DNA of 64,000 nucleotides from Cycas panzhihuaensis (Eukaryota > Plantae > Cycadophyta), in the NCBI GenBank assembly GCA_023213395.1, contig CM041465.1, positions 88,171,741-88,235,740 of the forward strand. The letters are read 5' to 3'. Within the stretch, counting starts at the first letter, position 1. Every line of letters begins with the position of its first letter. The translations under genes and the position numbers were made by a program. Below, one piece after another: positions 57,301 to 64,000 of the stretch. Below the pieces are notes generated by a model that was not told the origin of the DNA, did no database searches, and saw nothing but the letters and a program-made list of their open reading frames with translations.

Positions 57301-58540
57301 TTTGATGATAGTCAAGTGGAATTTTTAAGCTCGAAAGGAAAGACTCACTAATACAATTCTAAGTAAGGAGTGAACTTTATCTCATTTCTTGCAAGATGTG
57401 AAATTTTATCTTGAAAATTCTAAAATGTTTTGAGTATATAGATAGAGAGGTTCAAAGATCACTAAAGTTAAGGGTGATCCCATATGTTTTAGTATATGTG
57501 TGGTCTTGCAAAAGGAGCTATGATGGAATCTTGTTAAGATGCTTAACCTTGGAAGAGGAATATGATGTTTTTAAGGAATTCCATGTAAGGAGGTGTGGAG
57601 TGTATTTAAGATCTTATAAGATCTTCAATGCCTAAAAGATCTTAAGAGCATACTATTTTTGGCCTTTATTTTTAAAAAAGCATTCCAAAAGATTAAAGGT
57701 TATATTGCTTGTTAAAAGTTTATAGGAAAATAAAAGGCAAGGCTAGTATATGTTGATCAACTTTTTGAGATTTGGAGTCTAGATTTTATTAGTCCTATTA
57801 ACCCACTATTAAGGAAATGATATATATTTATTTTAATAGCAACAAACTATTTTACTAGATGGGCAAAGGCATTCATTACCAAAAGGGAAACTACTAGTAT
57901 AATGATATATTTTATGTAGGATATTATAATTCCAAAGTTTAGAGTGTCTCATTATGTGTTTTTGATAATGCCGTAGCATTTATCTTAATTGAGATGTCAA
58001 GTTTCTGTAAAGAAATGAGTATCGACTTGAATACTTCATTTAATTAAAAGGATTAATTTCCAAACTATATTAAAAGGATTGGCATGTAGAGTTATATCAA
58101 GTATTATGGGTCAACAAGATAATGACAAGGAAGCTCTGAGGTACTATCTTTACCTATTGGTATATGGAAAGGAAGCCATTCTTGTATCCCATCTTACATT
58201 GAATATCCTTTAGTTAGTTGATCAAGAGGATTATGAAATAACTCTTGTGACAAAGAGACTCAATCACTTATTAACTTTATAGGAGAAGCGAGAAGAAGCA
58301 AAGGATAATCTTAAGGCTTATAAACAAAAAATACAACATTTTTTGATAATTTTTTTCCTCAAAAACTAAATTTAGTTCAGGGGAGAGTTCTAGTGTAGGA
58401 CAAAGCCAAAGAAAAGTCAAGAGTCCATAAGAAGTTTGATTTCTTATGGCTAGGACCATTCACTATTTTTGAAGAATTGGAGAAAATGCATTCAAATTAA
58501 AAATAATAAAGTAGAGGAGTTACTATTAAAACATCTAACA
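54312..58540 (+). mobile_element. Second copy of the Tat-type pol
   Basis: Matches 25669-29900 (IIYLDDMI in 56364..56564). Confidence 0.9.
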
Positions 58541-58651
58541 ACCTCTTTATTACTTTGTAATTTGTAAATATTTATATCTATGTAACATAGGTGTGACCCT
58601 CCATTGTAAATTTAATTGTGATGTAAAGATTGGTTGAGCTCATTACCTTTG

Positions 58652-61006
58652 TGTTAGAAAATAAGCATGCAAAGCTCTATACCATGTTAGAAAAATAATA
58701 TGCTATGCATGCAATATATGAACTAAGATGGTGAGTTAATGATACAACAATGAAGCTCAAAGAAGATGAAGTATGTACAAATGAACACGAAAGATGGAGA
58801 AATGACCAAAACTCAAATTAAAATAAATGATAATATATATACTTATAGTACAAGCTCACCATTAATGAGAGAACTCCATTGGCCAATCTTAAAAGTAGCA
58901 CACATCTCTATATGGCTTACAACCTCAAATATAAAATATATATAAATGTAGAGACAGTGTATATGAGGGTGATTATGTAAGTGGATATTACACCCAACAT
59001 TTCCCCCCTATAATAGTCAATTACATAATGAAATGTCACATCAAATGATAAGTGTTGAGTCTTCAATTAAATGCTAGATCATAAGCTATTACAAGAATAT
59101 AACTAGTTACTAATGTTCATATGAGGAGAGAACACCATCCACTGGACCACATAGATAGCCAATTGCTGTGACTATTGGTAAACTAAGATGTTCCTTTGTG
59201 TATATGGTTCAATCAACGTTAGTAAGAGTAGTTGTAAAGGGATCCCACCTCTTGCTTAAATGGGATAACTTAAATAGTCTTCAAATGGTTCTATGGCCTC
59301 AAATTACCTCTATGGGCTAAAAACATACCTCTTTGGGCTTACATCATGCCACCATGGACTAAACATCTAATAATAAATGTTATATATGAATTGAAAGATA
59401 GATGTGACTTAAGTATAACATGAATGACTCTCTCATATAATAAAGTTCAATATGAAATAGGTTCTCTAGAGCTAAAAAAGGAGACTTTAGTACATGTTAT
59501 CCCCCTTATTTGGGGTATATCATATCAATAAATATCATGGAGTCTTTAAAAATACATATATATACTTGAAAAAACTAAAAAATAAAGAAAAAAAGAAGTT
59601 TTTTTTTTTTTTTTTTTGTCTTTGGACTGAAATTTTTGCATTAAATCAACTACAAATAATATTAAGGGACACCTTGAATGAAAGCTCTCTCAATTATAAA
59701 TCCAATGCAACTGATGGGATTGAAGACAAAGTCTCTTAGCTTAAGTTATAATAAAAAAGATGACAAAGACTCTATAAATGCTGAAAATTAGGGGTTTAAA
59801 CCCTATCACCAGCGAGCTAAAGATCTTATGGGCACTTAATGTGACCTAGGGCTTATACAAACAAGGGTTGGGTAGACCTAAAAAATTATCCAATATAATT
59901 AATATAATTTTTTTGAATGTAAAAAAAATATTAATCATGCCCAAAACATTAATATACACAAATAAAATATAAAAACCCTATTAGGGTTTACATGCCATTT
60001 TTATTTGAATCACCATTATTTTATGATTATAGGTTGTAAGTATACACAAGGGGGGCAGCATGATTCAATTGGCTTTGCTCCTTGATGCAGAAGCGATGCA
60101 AAATATTCACTTTTGTCTTTAAAGATTTAACTTTATTCTCATGCAAAATCTCTATTTTTCCACTGCTCAACTCATTTCTAGCCTCTATTCCTAATAAGAA
60201 AATACTTCTTACTCAGAATACTCTAAATCTCCTTCACTACAGTTTGAAAAGCAAGAGTAACATTTGTAGCATCAAGTGCCATCATATGTTTATCACAGGG
60301 CTTCCATTGTTGTCTATAGATGCATTGGCTCTTAGTGATGGCAGTGAGCTCTATTCTCCTTCACCTCATGTCTCTTAATAACTGCTCTTCTATTTTGACT
60401 ACTGTTATAAAGAGACAAATCAAGTGTCACCTAATCATAGAAGACCTTCTTCCAGAAATGCCATGCTATGGAGATAGGTCTAGACTTGGTGCACTAACAA
60501 AGTCAACATCATCTACAAATGACTACTTATGGCTATTAAGCATGGAACAACCATGAGCCCTTAGAAAAGAATGTTCTTGACTTTCCCTATCAAATTTGTT
60601 AGGAAAGCCAAACATGGAACTGTTGGGCTCTAGGAGAGAATCATAGGAATCATCATCTGCTAAATCACTTTCTCTAGTTCTAAAAAAATGGTGCATACTA
60701 ATAGCCCTTCTTGATAGAGGGATTAACTAGTAAGAGAATGCATTATATCCACTAGTAACTCTGCAGAGTTTAGGACAACCACCGATAACTCTATAGAGTT
60801 TAGTACAACCACCTATTCTCTACAAATCTTTATTTACTTTAATTTCTTCAAACCTCTTCTACAACTTTAACATCTATACCATCTATTACTGCATAATAGA
60901 ACATCATTCAGACACTTGACACTACACATAGCTATAGGAGATGGTGCTCTAGAATAACTGAGATTATAGGTCGAGTAGTATGGCTACAGTGAGCATGGGA
61001 TGGCAA
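58652..61006 (-). mobile_element. Second copy of element A, 3' portion (LTR 58652-58999)
   Basis: Matches 30014-32370, including the ctttg flank. Confidence 0.9.
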
Positions 61007-64000
61007 TATTAGAAAATAATGTTTATCCTAAGTCATAAGTTGATATGTCTTATGCATCCTTAAGTGACTATTAATGCACATCAATTACTGGTTGGTTCTA
61101 GGGTGGTTATAAACCCTATTAGTATATATGTACTTACACCATGGATAAGAATTGAATCAATTCTTTCTTTGATCATTAAGTTTGTCCAACATGGTATCAA
61201 AGTGGGACACCTTGACCTATTAAAGAAGAAGATCATCCTGAAGCTAGACCAGACCAAAAAAACTAAAGGATCTAAAAGGAAGCTAGAAGGATGAAAGAGG
61301 AAAGTGCTAAGCCACTTAAAGGTAGAAAGGACTCTAGACTAGTTCCGTACAACACCAGAGTATCAATTCATATGGCATCTGATCAATTTTTTTGAGGTTC
61401 TTAAATTGACGCAAAACTTTGCCAAAATATAGATTGAGGTATTTCAAGCAAGTTTTCCTTCTATGGCAAGTCCATCTAAGGTCATCTTCATCAAGTTTTT
61501 TGCTAAAAACAAGTTTGCATGGAAGAGAGAAAATACAATGAAAAATCTTAAATTTTCTTCATTTTTTCACTAAAGATTAGATGTAAAAGATCTGTTCTTA
61601 GATTTCAATCACATTTAAAGACTTTTTCACAATTATTTATGGCTATTTCAATCAAAATAAGTAATTTCCCTCTGGAACCCTAGCCATAAATTATAGTTTT
61701 CAGGGCTGATTTCTTCTCCGTTTGAAGTCAGATTTTAGATCTGAGTGCAGATTCTAGTTTGCCTCTGAATAAGATTTCATTCAAGGTACACTTCATTTCC
61801 ATACATATGACTTCTGTACTATACAGAAATCCATACAATCATATAGCCTAGGGCATCAAGAATTATATTTTTAGCTTAAGAATGACATCCTTCATGTTAG
61901 CCTTATTCGAAAGTGAAAAACTCATTGATAATAATTATCACATATGGAAGATTAAGATAGAAACCTTCTTAGGGCAAAAAATATCTAGTAAATTGCTATT
62001 AGAAATGAAGCTAAACCTTAAGATGCAGGTGATGCTAAAACTAATTGGGAAGAAAGGGATAATACTGGACTCATAATATTAAAACTATCAATATCTGACC
62101 CTCTTTTCATTTATGTAGAAAGTCTTTATTCTACCTAAAGCATTTGGAAATATCTAAAGAATTTGTATGGCGAAAAAAATGGAGCTAAGATAATAACTCT
62201 TAAAGAGGAATTATTCAAACTCCACATGAAGGAGTAAAAAATAATCATAAAATTTTTACATAAGGTGATTTCGCTAAAAAATGATCTGGCTAGTGTAGGT
62301 GATCTAATCTCATATTAGGCATTAGTGGAATTCATGGTTAGAAAACTACCCAAGTTATTTGATATTATAATAAACACCATCACTAATGCAAATCAAATAA
62401 CAACTATGATAAGAGACACCTTGATAGGACTCTTACTCCAATAGGAGTAAAGAAATAGGCGATACAAAGATGTAGGAGACCTTGAGGACACATTTGCATC
62501 CAGAATGAGTGTGGGATCTAGAGGGTCAAGTAGAGGAAGAGGAAAAGCTCCAGAAACTCGTACTCCATCACGAGGACATTGGTAAGACTCAAGAGGATGA
62601 GGCAGCAATACACCATTAAAGATTTGTTACTCTTGTGATAAGATTGGTCACTTTGTTAATTCCTATAAAGCCTTTGATATATGTTACCATTATGGAAAAT
62701 TAGGACACTACCCATACTGGTGCAAGAAAGCAAACATCTAAAGAGGGAAGAAGCCCATGGGAAACTATAGCAAAGAATAAGAAGGCGACGATGAGAATGA
62801 TGAAGAGGAAGAAACAAAGTTCATTGTGGCACTTACAATAAGCATCCAGGATAAAGACATATGGTACATAGGTTTAGGAGCGTTACATCATATGATAGGT
62901 CGAGAAGAGTGGTTCAAGACTTTACAGCCCTATACCACCAACAAATTAGTAGAATTGGGAGATAAATACTCCCTTGAAATTAAAGGAATTGGAATTGTTG
63001 CAGTTAAAATAAAAGATAGAATTAAAAAAAATTAGAAATATAATTTTAGTGTCAAGTCTAAAAATGAATCTCCTATCTATCTCTCAACTAAAAAAGAAGG
63101 GATTGAGTACTGTATTTGATGAAAAGGGTTTTGTTACATCCTTGATATGAAAAATAATAGGAATATAATTGTAAAAGGGGTTAAAAGTAATGACCTATAT
63201 AGGCTGCTATCACACCCCATTTTGCTTGATGTAAAAACTTGTGCTACTATAAGTCTTAATGAGAAAATGTGGCATTTGAAGTATGGTAATCTTCCCATAG
63301 AAAAATTAAAAAATACAGAGAAGAAAAGCTTAGTGACTAGTTTGCCTCACTTCACATCAAATAATTTCATTTGTAAAGGGTGTCAATTTAGTAAACAACA
63401 CAGACAACCATTTCAAGAAAGTAAGTGGCAGGCCCAAGAAAAATTAGAATTGATACATACAAATCTATGTGGTCCTTTCACTCCACACTCCATAAAAGGA
63501 AGTAGATACATTTTTACTTTTATAGATGATCTGACTAGAAAGATTTGGGTTTATTTTTATGTACTAAATCTGATGTTTTTGATATGTTTAAAGAATTCAA
63601 AGCTGAAATAAAACTAGAAACTAATACCAAAATCAAATGCATAAGGTCTAACGATGGAGGTGAATATATCTCCAAAGAATTTTTGGAGTATTGAAAAGCT
63701 AGGGAAATACAAAGATAATTTTCAACTCCCTACACACCCTAATCCAATGGGGTTGTAGAAAGAAAAAATAGGGTTGTCATGGAAATGGCAAGGAGTATGA
63801 TGCATGGGAAAAATGTTCAAAAGTCATACTAGGATAAAGCAATTAGTATAACCTACTATTTACTAAATAGAAGTTCAACAAAGGCAATGGAATGATACAC
63901 TCCAAAAGAAGCATAGTCAGGAAGGAACCCTGACATAAGCCATCTAAAGGTATTTGGAAGTCAAGCCTTTATTCATATCCCAAATAAGAGAAGAACTAAG
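61007..64000 (+). mobile_element. Second copy of copia-2 (5' LTR 61007-61191, gag, integrase; runs off the window)
   Basis: Matches 32371-35357; ORF 63147..63611 is identical to 34504..34968. Confidence 0.93.

Larger units (their letters stand above)
49093..64000 (+). repeat. Near-identical direct copy of 20456-35357 (offset ~28.64 kb)
   Basis: Same sequence and same nested junctions; ORF pairs 27726/56364, 28773/57411 and 34504/63147. The first ~3 kb is rich in small indels. Confidence 0.97.

Overview
AT-rich eukaryotic, plant-type DNA made almost entirely of degenerate, nested retrotransposons; no intact protein-coding gene, RNA gene or CRISPR array is visible. The Tat element with an extra RNase H before RT suggests a non-flowering plant, but that is inference. 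Layout: 1-4.4 kb local tandem and inverted repeats; 4.4-9.5 kb decayed L1-type LINE (-); 10-16 kb gag/protease and extra-ORF relics; 16.3-19 kb probable LTR holding a 1.9-kb (TA)n/(TG)n/(CA)n block; 19-30 kb Tat-type Ty3/gypsy (+) interrupted by full-length copia-1 (-, 20299-25663); 30-48.6 kb copia-3 (+), whose probable 5' LTR is split by non-autonomous LTR element A (30014-38672, itself carrying full-length copia-2, 32371-37490) and whose RNase H is split by non-autonomous LTR element B (~45085-48493). Element B carries what looks like an antisense, intron-containing host-gene fragment. After a 500-N gap, 49093-64000 is a near-identical copy of 20456-35357, probably an assembly or haplotype duplication. 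Best leads: the captured gene fragment, a PBS relic built into the LTRs of element A, strand-biased C>T decay of inverted repeats, and a Q-rich FQQGGP-repeat Gag. I found no convincing new biological system beyond these. All alignments and counts were made by eye.
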